Assembly (NCBI GenBank): GCA_963693365.1
Contig: CAVNZM010000013.1
Location: 2,762,949 to 2,818,221, forward strand
DNA length: 55,273 nucleotides
Origin: Amoebidium appalachense
Lineage: Eukaryota; Protista; Ichthyosporea
Direction: 5' to 3'
Shown: positions 1-12,529 of the stretch, in pieces
How positions within the stretch are numbered: the stretch's first letter is position 1
Layout: each line of letters begins with the position of its first letter
The notes under the pieces: generated by a model
Told to the model about the DNA's origin: nothing
What the model saw: the letters and a program-made list of their open reading frames with translations, nothing else
Database searches by the model: none
Position numbers and translations under genes: made by a program

Positions 1-736
1 CGACCTCACTTCCCACCCAAAGCCCACCATCACCATTCGGGACCTCCAGTCCCTCCTCGGCAAACTCACCTGGTGTGCCCAGCTGGTTCCCCCCGGGAGG
101 GCCTTCTCCCAGCGCCTATGGGCCCTTCTCCGGACCCACCCACACCTTGCCGGCCACCACCACATACGACTGACTGCTGCCCCCCGGGCCGACATAGCCG
201 AATGGCACCAGTTCCTCACAACATGGAATGGGGTGCACCTCATCACACCCCCCACATACACCACCCTGGCCACCGATGCTGCCGGATCAGTGGGTCTAGG
301 GGGCCACTGGCTCGACCAATGGTTTTTCATGCCCTGGTCCCCCTCCACCCAAGCCCTCTATGCTCATGAGGGTAAACTCGGTTCTTCCGTCATCGAACTC
401 CTGGCCATCGCAGCCGCCGTGGCCCTCTGGGCCCCCTCCTGGTCCACCCACCATGTCCGTATTTTATGCGACAACACGGGTGCTGTGTCTGACCTGCACT
501 CCCGGTCTTCCCCTCACCCCGTGATGGCCAAACTTATTCGGTTCATCACCCGCATGGAAATGCATTACCAATTTACGTTACAGACATCCTACCTACCAGG
601 ACCCCTCAACCATCTTGCCGATGCCATTTCTCGTAACCAACTTCCCCGGGCCCGACGACTCCGACCTTCCCTGCAACCGGAGCCCTGCCCCTTCCCCTCC
701 TGGGTCCACGAGTTCCTCTCCCTTCCCCTGGGCTAA
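1..736 (+). CDS. C-terminal RT connection/RNase H of copy 1 (partial)
   Basis: DIRS-type RNase H motifs ATDAAG, IELLAI, CDNTG, NHLADAISR. Confidence 0.88.
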   Translation, partial: DLTSHPKPTITIRDLQSLLGKLTWCAQLVPPGRAFSQRLWALLRTHPHLAGHHHIRLTAAPRADIAEWHQFLTTWNGVHLITPPTYTTLATDAAGSVGLGGHWLDQWFFMPWSPSTQALYAHEGKLGSSVIELLAIAAAVALWAPSWSTHHVRILCDNTGAVSDLHSRSSPHPVMAKLIRFITRMEMHYQFTLQTSYLPGPLNHLADAISRNQLPRARRLRPSLQPEPCPFPSWVHEFLSLPLG

Positions 737-1823
737 CCCCCCCCCCCCCCCCCCCCCCCCAGATCTCCCGTTCCGGAGCAACGCTGGCAGATTGGCCCCC
801 CACTTTGCTCCGGCCGAGCTGCTTCGAGCCACCACTACCCTGCAGGAATGCCAGGCCCTGAGTCTCAACCTCGACTCTCGGGCCTTTTACTCCCGGGTGC
901 AAAAGGTGTTCATCGATTTCTGTGTGGCATCTCGGCTGCAATCCTCCTCCGGGTCCTCCCTCCCGGCCTCCCCACACACCCTGCAACTTTTTCTCGCCTG
1001 GTGTGCCCAACGAGGGGTACAGGCCTCTTCCTTGACCGGCTACAATTCGGCCATCACCAGGCTCCACCTCGACATGGGCCTCCCTGCTCCCTACCCCCAC
1101 GACAAGTCTCTGGCCTGGTTCCTACGGGGGGTGGGCAGATGGCAGCTTTCTCAAAACATCCGACCCCGCTCATCCACCAGGGAACCCCTCCTGCCCTCCC
1201 ACCTCAGCCTACTCCATGGCCAGTGCCCCACCAAGGCCTCCTCGGCCAATCTCCGGCTATGGACGGCCCTCGTCGTCGGTTTCTGTGGTCTCCTCCGTTC
1301 AGGGGAATTTACCTCCAAGACCCTGACTTCTTTCGACCCGTCCCGTCACGTTAAACGGAAGGACGTGACCTTCAGCTACACCCCCACCGGTACTTTGTCC
1401 CATGCCACCCTCCACCTGCCAACCTCTAAGACGGATGTACAGGCCCGAGGTGTCAACGTCACTCTAGCTGCCCTGCCCCTCACCCACTTCTCCCCAGCCC
1501 ATCTCCTCCGGCAGTTCCTGGATACAACGTCCAGTCAACCCGACGACCCCCTCTTCAGTCTCGGTGGCATCCCCTACACCAAGAGTGCCTTCTCTGCCGA
1601 CTTCCGTGCCCTCCTCTCCCGGGCTGGCCTCTCACCCTCCCGGTTTGCCGGACACAGCCTCCGCATCGGGGGGGCCACAGCACTGGCTGAGGCCGGGGTC
1701 GACGACTCCCGGATCAAACAACTCGGCAGGTGGTCCTCCGACTGTTTCCTGATCTATACCCGACTTCGTCCGGCCTCCATTGCTGCCACTACCACACGTG
1801 TATTCGCCTCTATTCTTAAGTGA
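621..1823 (+). CDS. Tyrosine recombinase, intact frame (true start may be spliced, acceptor at 761-762)
   Basis: Catalytic set LLRSGE (R), SKTD (K), HSLRIGGAT (H-x-x-R), GRWSS (W), FLIY (Y). Confidence 0.93.
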   Translation: MPFLVTNFPGPDDSDLPCNRSPAPSPPGSTSSSPFPWANPPPPPPPPDLPFRSNAGRLAPHFAPAELLRATTTLQECQALSLNLDSRAFYSRVQKVFIDFCVASRLQSSSGSSLPASPHTLQLFLAWCAQRGVQASSLTGYNSAITRLHLDMGLPAPYPHDKSLAWFLRGVGRWQLSQNIRPRSSTREPLLPSHLSLLHGQCPTKASSANLRLWTALVVGFCGLLRSGEFTSKTLTSFDPSRHVKRKDVTFSYTPTGTLSHATLHLPTSKTDVQARGVNVTLAALPLTHFSPAHLLRQFLDTTSSQPDDPLFSLGGIPYTKSAFSADFRALLSRAGLSPSRFAGHSLRIGGATALAEAGVDDSRIKQLGRWSSDCFLIYTRLRPASIAATTTRVFASILK

Positions 1824-1940
1824 AACCTTTGGAGCAAGCATACTGCTCTCGTGCCGTGGTTTACAACCATTGCAGGTTCACTTTCGTCCAAGGGGATGTC
1901 CCCCTAGAGGCAACACACGTCCCGGAGTAGTTTTCATAGA

Positions 1941-2723
1941 TCATCCACGACTTCAACCTCACCGATGCCAAGTACAAGTCTACCCCCATCCCTGCAGGCA
2001 CCACCGTCTCCCTGGCTGACTGCCCCCCCCCAACCTTTCACCGTGCCCTACCGTGAGTTACTCGGCCGTCTCCTCTGGGTGGCACGGTGCACACGTCCCG
2101 ACATTGCCTATGCCATCGGCTTCCTTGGTCGGTTCAGCACCAACCCCGGCAAGACTCACTGGGACCTTCTCCGTCGTGTGGCCCGGTACCTGCTCGGCAC
2201 CATTGACCTTGGCATTGACTACAAGTACTCGGCCACCCAGCCCCCCATACTCGAATGCTATACGGATGCTGACTTTGCTGGTTGTGCCGACAGCACGAAG
2301 TCTACCACCGGCTACATCATCGAGTTTGCTGGTATGCCCATCATCTGGTACTCCAAGCTCCAGCCCATCACGGCCACCAGCACCACCGAAGCTGAGCTGA
2401 TTGCTCTCAATGCTGGCACCCAGGAAGTTGCTTGGGTCCGTGACCTCTTCAAGGAACTCGGCTGCCCCATGCTTGCTTCGACTCCGGTGTACTGTGACAA
2501 CCAGTCGACCATTGCCATCGTCAACTCCACCGGCATCAAGCACCGTACCAAACACATTGCCGTCCGGTATCACAACACCAAAGACTACATTGCCAGTGGG
2601 GATGTGGTTGTCCACTACGTCGAGTCAGCCCACAACTTGGCCGACATCCTCACCAAACCCCTTCCCGGCCCGAGTCATGTCACCCATCGTGCCCGACTTT
2701 GTGTGCCGGATATTGTCGATTGA
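1941..2723 (+). pseudogene. Copia RT C-terminus and RNase H (continuation of ORF at 5233)
   Basis: YRELLG, TRPDIAYA, YTDADFAG, STTEAE, CDNQS, RTKHIAVRYH; +1 shift in the C-run at ~2023-2031. Confidence 0.9.
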
Positions 2724-3109
2724 CCCGTCCTCCTTCAAGAGTGGTTTTCTAATGTTTACTACTTACTTTACCATAATCATTATTTCATATGTATATTGCC
2801 TTTGTGGGTATGCCCACTTAGGGTTTCTTATATAAGGTTTGACCTGTACCGCGACTCTACTCTATCTTTCACTGGTTTCAAACCCAGTTAATCCAACCCC
2901 GACTATAAACGTTATACGGTCTGGTCCCAATAGCTGCTAGAGTATCCTATCTCGCGCTGAAATTCAATAAGCACATAAGCCGCTTAAAGAAATATTTGCC
3001 CTCCCCACCCTCTCTTCTCTATCCGACCTGTCCCCTCCTCACCTCTCCCCTCTTTCCTCCCCTCTCTCTCCCCTTCTCCCCTGGGCACAAATACAAATAA
3101 ACCCCGCAA

Positions 3110-3692
3110 TAGTGTGTGTGTGACTTTGGACTGCCACTTACTTGTTAAGCATGTACACAATCACAAGATAATCACGCAATATAACAAATGGAAAAAGATA
3201 CCACACGACACTAGACCCGATGAAAGCATACACCTTGAAAAACTAAGCCTTATGTCTCGTTTTATATATACTGACCGCCTCAACCATATTGCCAAATATG
3301 GCACTCGCAAGTGTATAACACCTTTAGTAAATACATATTACCTTCCTGTAGAACTGGTCTTTCTCTAGCTGATGGTATTATTGATCAATTACCACGCTTT
3401 TACTGTACACGTGCTATACAGTGGAGATCTAATAAGTATAAGGTGGCATCATTTGCATGCCCAAACAACACACACACACACCAGTTTAACCGGTCATGTA
3501 TCGCCAAATGTAGTTTGATAGACCACATAATACCGCAACACACACACGTCACATTCACAACAGACACCCAGAAAGATAGCCTACCTGTAAATTACAACAT
3601 CCTTGATTTTATACTAAACACGCGTAACTACGACCTGTTTATTAGATGTATTGATTGGCTTGAGAAACACATCACTACAAAATTATAGCGCA

Positions 3693-3758
<66 letters not shown>
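3110..3758 (+). other. Possible degenerate 3' end of a non-LTR retrotransposon ending in a (CA)n tail
   Basis: AT-rich frame with RAIQWR..C..C..NILDFILN, reminiscent of LINE ORF2 C-termini, followed immediately by (CA)n 3697-3758; no TSD found. Confidence 0.3.
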
Positions 3759-3759
<1 letters not shown>

Positions 3760-4078
3760 CCAGCTGATACCGAGTGTCCCGAGGGGAGCCCCTTTAAAAA
3801 AAAAAAAAAATAAAAAAAATAAAAAAATAAAAAAAATAAAAAAAAACGGGGAACCCCAACTAATTGATTTCTCCTTGTAGTCTTTATGGTGTCTCGTAGA
3901 GAAAGTAAACCCTGATATATAGTCACCACCCGACATCTATGTACGTGATCATGATATACCGCTGAGGGGATATTCCGAGCAAAACCCCCCCCCCCATACC
4001 TGAGACTGGTTCTCTTTGCCTCGAGTAAACAGCGTAAACCCCGTTATACATATTCGTTGTTTTTTTGCCCCGGTTCCT

Positions 4079-4128
<50 letters not shown>

Positions 4129-4246
4129 GAGAAGTACACACTTTAAATTTTTTTTTTTCTTCGTTTCTGTTCTCAAGTGGGGAGATTTCACTAGTTCAGT
4201 GGGGATATGATAACACAAACTTCAACTTGAAAGTCTTAAGTGGGGA

Positions 4247-5170
4247 TGTTGTAATACGTAGTATTTACATATGGTAAGATCTTCTCAGTTTGTGTTATGT
4301 TTCAGTTCATATGCTTAGTGTAAATGCCACACTCCTATTATGTAAAGTGTAGCATCGATCTCCGATATGCTTGTATACTTGTAATCGTGTTGTATCGGCT
4401 TTAATCGTGTGTTGTAATATCGATTAGAATATTTATATGTGTGTACACGGATCCACCCACTCAGGGAGAGACGTGTACATGTTTGTGTGTACATAAATAT
4501 CTCTGGTTATAGTTATGCTATTACTATCTTGTTTGTTGATCTGTGCTCTCTTTTCCTTTCTCTTTCTCCTTCCTTATTTTCTTTTCTTTCTCTCCTTGTC
4601 TTCATGTGTATAATCGTATTTCTTTTCTACTAATATATGTTAGGTAGATTTGTGTTACTTAATACGTGTTCATTGGACGGTAACACACTTAGGCTACACT
4701 TAGAATAACATGTGTGTTTAGACTTCATTAATTTACTTTAGTTTTCATGTGTTGCCGGGCTTTAACCAATCATCAAGGTTAAGTGTGATATGTCTGAGTC
4801 TTTGCAGTATGTCATAGGTTAGAACTTCCTTGATGATGACACGAGTTGATCTTAACTCGTGTCTGTGTCCTATCGTGTATGTCTCCGCGTACCAGATCTC
4901 TCTGAAAGCAATTGGTTCTTAGTGATTGGTTTCTATTAGAGATAGATCTGATTTCCGACTGGTCGGAAATCATGTATGGATTGGACTTAGAGGAATTCAG
5001 GTATTTATTCGAAGATCAGAATAAATTCAGTTCAGTCGTGTCTAAACATTGATGTCTGTTGTGTACACTGCTCCGATCATTCTGTGTTTTGTTGTTGTGT
5101 GTGTCTGTGGTGTTTTCACACTGCACCACGGTGTCTCTGCTTTCATCCCAAATACTTATATAATTTAACA
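4247..5170 (+). repeat. Copia LTR (924 bp)
   Basis: TGTT...AACA termini; PPT agtgggga at 4239-4246; PBS-like ggttatgcagccc at 5171; inverted homolog at 48074-48982. Confidence 0.9.
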
Positions 5171-5232
5171 GGTTATGCAGCCCTTTTGCACGCTCCCTAC
5201 ACACATCTAGAACTAGCGATCATTTTTCAATC

Positions 5233-8200
5233 ATGGATCCAAACAAAACTGGTGTAAACAAAATAACCATGTGGAAAGGTGAAGGGAAGACTGGTCCCGA
5301 TAGCAAAACCACCTATTTTCAGTGGGAAATCATTTTTCTCGGCATGATGACCGGCACTAAAGGTGTCCGACTCGTGGATGTTGTGCTTGCTGACAACTAC
5401 GTCCCCCCTACCACCGTCGCGGTTGACGGTGAACCCCCCTTCTACGGCTACGGCACTACCGCGGAACTCAAGGAGGCCCGCAACTGCCTCCTGCTCCATA
5501 TGATTCAGAACATCGACCCTTCCGTGCTCACCACCGTTGCCCAGTACCGTATTGGCATGGACCCTGAACAGGCCATGTGGAAATTCCGTCAACACTACCT
5601 CCAAGGCAAACCCGATCAGATCCGCATCCTTCACCGTCAGTGGGATGCCTGTGCCCTTCAGCCCGGTGAATCATTCACCACCTACCTGAGTCGTCTGCAG
5701 ACCATCGTGAACCAGCTCCAGTCCCTCCAAGATGAGTCCATTCACTTCACTCGTCTAGCTGAGAAGTTCTTCAATGAACTCACCACCAGAGACGACCTCA
5801 CCCCTGAGTTCAACCGTCTTATCGAAGACTATCACTTCGGTGATAAGCTATTCCCCGACTTCGAGTCCCTCCACAACCACGTCAAGGGCATCGAGCTACG
5901 TCAAGACCTCAAGATGCAACTCCGGAGCAACCGTGCCCACCGTGCCTCCAAGACCAGCATGGCATTAAATGCCAGTGCTCTCCCCCGTGATCTTCCTCGC
6001 CGTGACTTACGCAACCGACTTGACCGTACCCATGGCACGGACCTCCGAACTCGTCTCTCCCGTCAGCACACCCGATCCCGTTCCCCCCACCGGCCTGCCT
6101 TCCGGTCCACGTCTCGTTCCCCCAGTCGTTCCCGTTTCTCGGGTTCCCGTCGTTCTGATTCCCCGGCTCGTTCTAACAACCCGTCCGTGACTGCATGCTC
6201 CTACTGCCACGAGCCTGATCACAAGATCATCGATTGCCCCGAGCCGAAATGCCGTATGTCCAGACACAACCGTTCCCGTCAAGGCAGTGAGAAATCTGTC
6301 TCCTTTGCTTTCTCGGCATACAATGCTAGCTCCGTCCCCGTGTCCTCCGACCCTGCCTGGGATTCCGGGTGCAACATGACTGTCTGCCCCACCCGTGAGT
6401 TCTTCCATGACCTCACTCCCCTTCCGACACCGACTCCCGTTGCTGCCTTCAATGGAACCCCCGTCTTGGCCACCCACACCGGCCATATCGTCATCAACAC
6501 CACCACCGACCATGGCACTACCACCCTTACCATTGAAGAATACTACACCCCGTCTGGCCAAGCCTTCCTCATTTCAACATCCCAAGCTGCTGCCGAATAC
6601 ATCAAGGGTGATTTGAATGATGCCTCCACTCCGTCATTCCTCTTCGACCGACTCACCGGCCGTCATCTCGTCAACCTCCGTCTACACAACGGTCTGTATT
6701 ACTTCAAGGACTACACCATTCAACCACCCACTCGTCCTGTGGCTCTGGCTGCCACTACCAGTGTTAACCCATCCATCTGGCACCATCATCTGGGGCACCG
6801 TGCTATGACCAGCATCAAGGACATGGTGAAACACGATCTTGTTATTGGTCTCCCCTCGTCTGTCCTCGACTGTGATGTTCCTGATTGTCATGGCTGCATT
6901 ATGGGTAAAACCACCAAGGCTCCGTTCAAGGGTGACCGTCCTCACTCCAACATCCCCGGTCATGAATGGCATTGGGATTTTTTTGAGCCTACCACAACAT
7001 CGTACGGAGGTTCCAAGGTTGCTCTCGTCACTGTCTGCCGTGCCTCTGGACTCGTCAAGATCTACCCGATGACCGACCGTACAACCACCCTGGACATTCT
7101 CACAGCTCACACCAACCTCGTTGCTACCCATGCCCCCTCCAAAGTTGGTGTCTACCACTTCGACTCCGGCTCTGAGTTCACCTCCAAGGCTACCCGTGAT
7201 TTTTGCCTCTCCCAGGGCATCAAGGCCAGCTATGCTCCGGTGGACTGCCCTCAACTGAACGGCTATGTTGAACGTCGTATGCGGTTCCTCCAAGAGATTG
7301 TTCGTTGCTTCCTCCATCAAGTCCAAGATCAGTCTCTGTCCCCCAAACTGTGGGCTGAGGCCCTCCAACATGCTGCCTACATCATCAACGTCACCCCGTC
7401 CACGGCTGCCAATGGTCGTACACCATTCGAGGTTTTCTACGGTGTCAAGCCCGACATCTCCGAGCTCAAAGTGTTCGGTTGCCCTGCCTACACTCATGTG
7501 CCAGCCTCTAAACGGAACAAGCTGGCCCCCACCGTCAAACTCGGCATGTATATCGGCTATGATCTTCAATCACACTGCCACCGGATCTTCAATCCCACCA
7601 CCCATCGTGTCGGCCTCTTCCGTGATGTGATTTTCGACGAATCAGCTTATCTCCCGTCCGACATCCCATCAACACTTCCGACCCCCGACACCACTGCCAC
7701 CTCGACCACCCCACCCCCCACAGTTGACACTGAAGATGATGTTTGTCTGGTGTACTCTGGCCCCCCTCCTGCCATCGTTGTTCCCCCCGACACCCCCCCC
7801 TCCGGCCCCCCTGCACCCGTGCCCGTCCAGCCTGCCGACATTCATCCTGCCCCTGGCAACGTCACCCCCATCCGACCCGGCTCCCCCGACAACTTCCACT
7901 CGGCCCCATCAAGCCCGGAGGTTGCCCCCCCTGCAATTCCGAACTTCCAAGTTCCCCCCCCACCATCTCCACCTCCCCCGGTTCCTCCACCCCGTCGTTC
8001 TGCCCGTCTACAGGGCAAGGTTGGTCTTCAAGCCACCACCACCCTGCCAGTCCCCCCCGGTCCCCCCATCAACATCGACCAACTACCCAAACTTGTCCGT
8101 CAACTGTGTTCCGGACCCAATGGTGACCAGGTCAAGTCAGCCCTCACTGCTGAGTATCAAGCCTTCGTCGACAAAGACATCTTTGAACTTGTTGACCCTC

Positions 8201-8857
8201 CCCCTGGTGCTAACATCGTCGGCTTCAAGTGGATTGTCTCCGAGAAAACTCTCAACTCGGCTGGTGACACCAAGATCAAGGCCCGTGGTGTTGCTCAAGG
8301 CTTCAGTCAGCAATACGGTGTTGACTATGAGTTGATTGAGAGCCCTGTCATACGTCCGGCTGCTCTCCGTGCTATCCTAGCTCTGGCCGTTGTTGAAGGT
8401 CATGACATCCACCAACTCGACGTGTCTACGGCCTTTCTCAACAGCCCACTCACCGAGACCATCTACATGAAACAACCCCCGGGATTCATCACCATGGCCA
8501 CACTTGGCAAGGTCTGGAGACTCAAGAAAGCCCTGTACGGCCTCAAGCAAGCCTCCAAGGCTTGGTACGACTTCCTCGACGGCATTCTTCTTGCCCATGG
8601 CCTGACCCGTACTAAGACTGACCCGTGCATCTACCTCCGGTTCTTCCCCAACAACGATGTGGTTCGGGCTGGTAACTACGTCGACGACTCCACCATCACC
8701 AACACCCGGGGTTCTACTGCTGCCAGTGACCTGGCTGCCCACATCAGCAAGATGGCCAGCTGTCGTATGAGTCCATTTGACCGTATGCTCGGTGTTGATT
8801 TTAATCACTCTGATCCCCATCACCTCCACATGCACCAGAGGTCTTACATCATGGATA
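5233..8857 (+). CDS. Copia gag-pol polyprotein, truncated in RT by the Ngaro junction
   Basis: CCHC knuckle CSYCHEPDHKIIDC, protease DSG, WHHHLGH..CHGC, integrase D-D-E (HWD, FDSGSEF, VER), RT KARGVAQG, LYGLKQA, YVDD; PR-IN-RT order. Confidence 0.95.
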
Positions 8858-9226
8858 GGTTTTATTTGTGGAAATTATTGACATAAATATTTTTCTGGGT
8901 AAACACGTAGGATGGGTGTCCGATATCAACAGGCTTCGTTTTCATGTTTTAGCAGTTCGCGTACGGCTGCCCGCATACGGGCACCTATTAGCCGATCAAA
9001 ACATCAGATTCCACAGATCACTAGACCAAGTTTGATTGGCTCAGGATCAGATTTCACATAACACTAGATCGATTTTGATTGGCTCAGTTCGGTAGCCTTA
9101 GGTACATAAGCACGACAGTTTTTAGCAGATCAGCAAGCTACAAACACATCTTCTGTGTTTAGCATCCACAGCCTTACAGCTATATATTCCTTTTCACTCT
9201 CCCTATCTTTCCCTACGCCGGTCAGC

Positions 9227-10402
9227 ATGCCGCCGAAAAAGCGCCAGGCCTCAGCCACCGCCCCTGCCGCGGCACCTAAGCGCCTGACCCGCAGCGACCT
9301 CCGCCACAGGCTGACCAACGCTCCCGCGGACACTGACGCGCCTCCAGCGGCCCATACCACCACGGACCCGGACCCGCCGGCTACTCTCCCCTCCACTCCT
9401 GAAGTCCCCCCTCTGAGTCAGGCCCCGCCGTCCCCGCAGATGACTTCTCAAGACGCCGTCCTTGCCGCCCTCACCGCCATCAGCACCCAGATGGCTGACG
9501 TCCTGGCTGCTCTCACCAACCGCGACCCTCCCGCGCCCCCCGCCGCGCCCTCCGCACCCGGGGAGGTTTCCCCGGGGCTGCATCTCGGCCCTTACCTAGA
9601 CCTACCTGCCCTGCCCGCGCCCCCCATCACAGGTGGGAACACTGGCGACATTCAGCCGGGCACACTCCCGCTTCCCCCCGCGGATGTGCTGGCAGATTTG
9701 CGCGCCAATCGTTTCGTCGACCTGTATAAGTTCACCCCCGCCGCCCTCCTGGCCCCATCCAAGAAAGGTCAGCATCTGCGCATGGCCGACGACGGCAGCA
9801 TCGAGACTTTTCGCCAAGACAAACCCGTTCCCCTGCGTTCACTCGTCATTTGGATCCAAGCTTGGACCCATTACATGGCCGCCAAGCACCACCTCGGCCT
9901 CCCCACGGACAAAGACGTACTTTGGACTCAGCACATCACTCGCCTCAGCACCCGATACCCGTGGGCCCAGATCCACAACTATGACGTATACGCCCGCACC
10001 GTTGCCCACCAGCAGGGTCGGGCTCCGATCGAGTGTCCCAACCTGCTTGCCCAACTCCACGAGGATCTCCTCCTGCCACCCACTCTGCTCATCCCGGACG
10101 CATGTCAGCGCTGTGGTTTCCCCGACCACCCCAGCGCGGCCTGCCCCATGTACCCCAAGCCCGGCTGTGGTCTTGACGGCTTTAAGCCGCCCCAAAAGCC
10201 CGGCGGGGGTCAAACCCCTAACCGCCCTGGCCCGCAACCCGGCCCGGCAAAACCGGCCCGACCCGTGGATCTACCCGCGACGCACTGCAGGAATTTCCAC
10301 ATTAACGGTCGGTCCTGCGCTAAGCAGCCCTGCCCCTTCTCCCACGTGTGCCCGCTCTGCTCTGGCACACACCCCCGCAAAGACTGCAAGCACAATGCCT
10401 AG
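9227..10402 (+). CDS. Gag-like ORF1 of copy 2
   Basis: ATG MPPKKR; CQRCGFPDHPSAAC knuckle; C-terminal CCCH plus CPLCSGTH..C fingers; conserved in copies 3 and 4. Confidence 0.85.
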   Translation: MPPKKRQASATAPAAAPKRLTRSDLRHRLTNAPADTDAPPAAHTTTDPDPPATLPSTPEVPPLSQAPPSPQMTSQDAVLAALTAISTQMADVLAALTNRDPPAPPAAPSAPGEVSPGLHLGPYLDLPALPAPPITGGNTGDIQPGTLPLPPADVLADLRANRFVDLYKFTPAALLAPSKKGQHLRMADDGSIETFRQDKPVPLRSLVIWIQAWTHYMAAKHHLGLPTDKDVLWTQHITRLSTRYPWAQIHNYDVYARTVAHQQGRAPIECPNLLAQLHEDLLLPPTLLIPDACQRCGFPDHPSAACPMYPKPGCGLDGFKPPQKPGGGQTPNRPGPQPGPAKPARPVDLPATHCRNFHINGRSCAKQPCPFSHVCPLCSGTHPRKDCKHNA

Positions 10403-10521
10403 TCTACGCGCACACCCACACACACAGCTAGAACATAGGGGTTAGGAGCTAGGACACACGAGTACAGGGAAACGGAGCTCGGGAGAACGGGCCAATAGGG
10501 CTGAGTACAAAAATTTCGCAG

Positions 10522-12508
10522 GCCAACTACGGCGCCCGCGCGCGTCAAGAATAAATGTCCCTACACAAAGACGTTTATTCTGGCCACTGCACATAATCTT
10601 ACTCCCCCCCCCCCCCATCCCACGAGCCTCCCCCCCCCCTTACACTCACCTAGCACTCCCTCCCCCCCTTCTTCTACCTCTGTGTCCACCCACACCCCCG
10701 CGTGCTCGGGCACATTCCCCTGCACAGGGCCCCGCTGCCCTCCCTGCCAACCCTCACTTGGGCCCAGCTGCCCTACTCTAACCCCCCGGGGCCCTGCTGC
10801 CTCCCCCCCCCCCCCCCCCCCGCTGCCGGGATCTCCCCGAGGGTGCCCCCACCCTTGCTAACCACCCCTTCCCCCGAGGCTCAGACCCGGAGGCCCGCCC
10901 GCTGCCCCAGCACCACATTGACACCTCCCACCACCCTAGGAACTGCTGGCCTCCTACCCAGACCAATCATTCGCCGCACAACTCCTCCACGATGTCGAAT
11001 TCGGTGTCGACATCGGCTATCGCGGCCCCTCCACCTCTCGAGTGGGCCCCAACCTACCCACCACCCCGGAGGCAGCTGCCGCTATCACGGCGGATATTGC
11101 CAAAGAAGTCGCCCTCGGCCACCTGCGCGGCCCCCTCTCCCCGGCCCAATTCTTTGACGAATTTCCGGTCCACCGTTCCTCCCCCATCGGCACCGTTACC
11201 AAGAAAGGGAACCCCCCCAAGTACCGTCGAATCCACCACCTCTCCTGGCCCCGGGGTAGCAGTGTCAATGACAGCATCACCTACCCCGACGAACTTCAGT
11301 ACATTCGCGCCCGGGATGTCACCCAGCTCATTCTCGACGCAGACCCCGGCTGCTACATGGCCGTGGCAGATGTGCAGGCTGCCTTCCGGCACATGCCCAT
11401 CCGACCAGAAGACCATCACTTAATGGCATTCAAATGGCAGGGGCATTTTTACGTTGAAACCAGACTGCCCTTCGGCCTGAAATCTAGCCCAGCCATCTGG
11501 GAACGGATCGCGGCCACCCTACAGTGGCTGGCACACCAGCACGGTATTACCCTCATCCGCCACTACGTATACGACTGGATTATAGTCGCCCCCACACAAG
11601 AGCAGTGCCAACGTCACCTATCCACCTTCCTGCAACTCTGCCGAGAGCTGCACATTGCCATCTCCGAAGACAAGATGCAGGGCCCGGCTACCCGTGTCGT
11701 CTTCATCGGTATCGAATTCGACTCCATCGCCATGGAGGCACGAATCCCGGCTTCCAAGCTCTCGGACCTACTCGACCTCACTTCCCACCCAAAGCCCACC
11801 ATCACCATTCGGGACCTCCAGTCCCTCCTCGGCAAACTCACCTGGTGTGCCCAGCTGGTTCCCCCCGGGAGGGCCTTCTCCCAGCGCCTATGGGCCCTTC
11901 TCCGGACCCACCCACACCTTGCCGGCCACCACCACATACGACTGACTGCTGCCGCCCGGGCCGACATAGCCGAATGGCACCAGTTCCTCACATCATGGAA
12001 TGGGGTGCACCTCATCACACCCCCCACATACACCACCCTGGCCACCGATGCTGCCGGATCGGTGGGTCTAGGAGGCCACTGGCTCGACCAATGGTTCTTC
12101 ATGCCCTGGTCCCCCTCCACCCAAGCCCTCTATGCTCATGAGGGTAAACTCGGTTCTTCCGTCATCGAACTCCTGGCCATCGCAGCCGCCGTGGCCCTCT
12201 GGGCCCCCTCCTGGTCCACCCACCATGTCCGTATTTTATGCGACAACACGGGTGCTGTGTCTGACCTGCACTCCCGGTCTTCCCCCCACCCCGTGATGGC
12301 CAAATTTATTCGGTTCATCACCCGCATGGAAATGCAACACCAATTTACGTTACAGGCATCCTACCTACCAGGACCCCTCAACCATCTGGCCGATGCCATT
12401 TCTCGTAACCAACTTCCCCGGGCCCGACGACTCCGACCTTCCCTGCAACCGGAGCCCTGCCCCTTCCCCTCCTGGGTCCACGAGTTCCTATCCCTTCCCT
12501 TGGGCTAA
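10522..12508 (+). pseudogene. RT/RNase H of copy 2 (disrupted)
   Basis: KYRRIHHLS, DVQAAFR, LPFGLKSSP; YVDD mutated to YVYD; indels in the 5' C-runs; 5' boundary inferred. Confidence 0.88.
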
Positions 12509-12529
12509 CCCCCCCCCCCCCCCCCCCAG

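Larger units (their letters stand above)
1..1940 (+). mobile_element. Ngaro-type YR retrotransposon copy 1 (3' part: RNase H, YR, B1; no A2-spacer-B2)
   Basis: Near-identical to copy 2 from ~11773 onward; ends at B-repeat terminus ttttcataga (1940), joined directly to copia sequence. Confidence 0.92.
1941..8857 (+). mobile_element. Ty1/copia element, circularly permuted, with a single central LTR
   Basis: Order is pol 3' end, 3' region, PPT, LTR, PBS, gag-pol 5' part; the ends join in frame ATG GAT A|TC ATC (MDII). Confidence 0.88.

Noticed and set aside
737-760. Poly-C tract as a phase-variation switch for YR
   Set aside because: Better explained as a polypyrimidine tract before CAG; homopolymer lengths are unreliable in assemblies
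6682-7569. 295-aa antisense ORF in the copia integrase
   Set aside because: Antisense shadow of a codon-biased gene, no motifs
8858-8886. Natural C-terminus of the 1217-aa copia ORF
   Set aside because: Read-through into the Ngaro A repeat; the real continuation is at 1941
9633-10445. 270-aa ORF overlapping gag, also in copy 3
   Set aside because: GTG start, GC-rich shadow frame, no motifs; conservation is explained by copy identity
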